Assembly: GCA_048128005.1 (NCBI GenBank)
Contig: JBEUKZ010000097.1
Span: 1 to 64,000 of the forward strand
Source: Veleropilina oligotropha
Lineage: Eukaryota
Reading direction: 5' to 3'
Length of the DNA stretch: 64,000 bases
Both the position numbers and the translations under genes were made by a program. This document shows positions 62,932 through 64,000 of the stretch, piece after piece; within the stretch, counting starts at the first letter, position 1, and every line of letters begins with the position of its first letter. The notes below the pieces were generated by a model, which was given only the letters and a program-made list of their open reading frames with translations, was not told the origin of the DNA and searched no databases.

Positions 62932-64000
62932 CATTTTTATTATCCATCTCGGTGTCAAATAGGTTTAGATCTGTATTTTGGTAATCTAACAAATTAATCG
63001 CATAATCAGTTCTGCATTAATTGAATATAAATGTTAATAGGCCTACTGGAAATCGTGGTCGCTCAATATGCCATTTCAATTCAAATTGCATAATATGAAC
63101 CACTTTCGTACAGCTTAGGCCTACTACTTACTTTCATAACTTTTATTCCCAAATAGACTATAAAAAATTGTCATCCTATACTATAGCTGAAAGCTGCGTA
63201 CATTATCGCAAAACTTCTGGATGAAGTAATAATCTCAACAATTCAGCTTTACTGTGTATACTATACTCAGTAACTGCATAATTTATATGATTCAAGACAT
63301 ACATGACACAATTTGATATTCGACGTCTGAGCGTTGACGTTAATTATCGTATATTTTGATAGAAGTAACTTAAATTTCAGAGCAAGTGTTGTTTCGATTT
63401 GAAATTTTAACATGAGTCGATCGCCATCATATCTGAAAACAACGCCATCTTGACCTTCTTACATTCTGACCACGTCCATATACCAAAACTTTTATCAAAT
63501 GAAATTGGAAATCATTCTTGTACACAATTTCTGACAAATTATATATGATGTAAATGGAAAGCAATATAATTGTCAATTTCCATCAATTCAGCATCACAAA
63601 TGTAATTGTTTATTACTTACGTCTTTGTCTCTGTTGAACTGGCCTCAAAATGAATCTTCACTATGGATATCCGATATATGTACGTACCATCATGGCATCA
63701 ATTTAAAATCACGACTTATTTAAGACTGTTAGCATCACCTGAAACAAAGAACAGATTGATTGAATTGATGTTTAACGACCACGCTAACAATATTTCAGTC
63801 ATAATCGGGTCGAATCTTTTTGGTGGACTCTGGTAATGACACAAGATAGTTCTGTATCTGTATCTGTAATTTACCAGAAAATGCAGAAATTTACCTCAAT
63901 CATGAGTATAAACTTCCGGGTTGGGGGAGTGCTTAGTTTACGGTGTTGTTAATTTTTGCACAGTTTTGGGTGCGTACGGTGTTTTTGGGTAGGGAATTCC

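Overview
Repeat-rich, AT-rich eukaryotic (animal, probably marine invertebrate/mollusc-like; inferred from the repeat types) genomic DNA with no intact multi-exon gene that I can reconstruct. The key object is a visibly GC-richer, decayed Polinton-like (virus-derived) element at ~1.2-9.1 kb. Its + strand carries one ~1200-codon pseudogene with these parts in order: N-terminal region, vOTU-like Cys/His domain, exonuclease-less protein-primed PolB-like palm, SF1 (RecD/Pif1-like) helicase, C-terminal HNH/His-Me finger. It converges on a minus-strand rve (DDE) integrase followed by a cassette of small Polinton/adintovirus-type ORFs. No capsid, packaging ATPase or adenain gene is visible. The element lies between two phase-compatible Cys-rich EGF-like exons on the minus strand. 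The rest of the window is nested transposons: a pogo-like DDE element with a 21-bp minisatellite expanded in its coding frame, a Tc1 element with TIRs, L2, CR1 and RTE LINE remnants, Helitron/Helentron-type non-autonomous elements, a 1.8-kb foldback element with TAC..GTA ends and a 6-bp TSD, Kolobok-like ends, tRNA-derived SINEs, and 12-, 18-, 21-, 49- and 70-bp tandem arrays. Most long ORFs in the supplied track are repeat artefacts.
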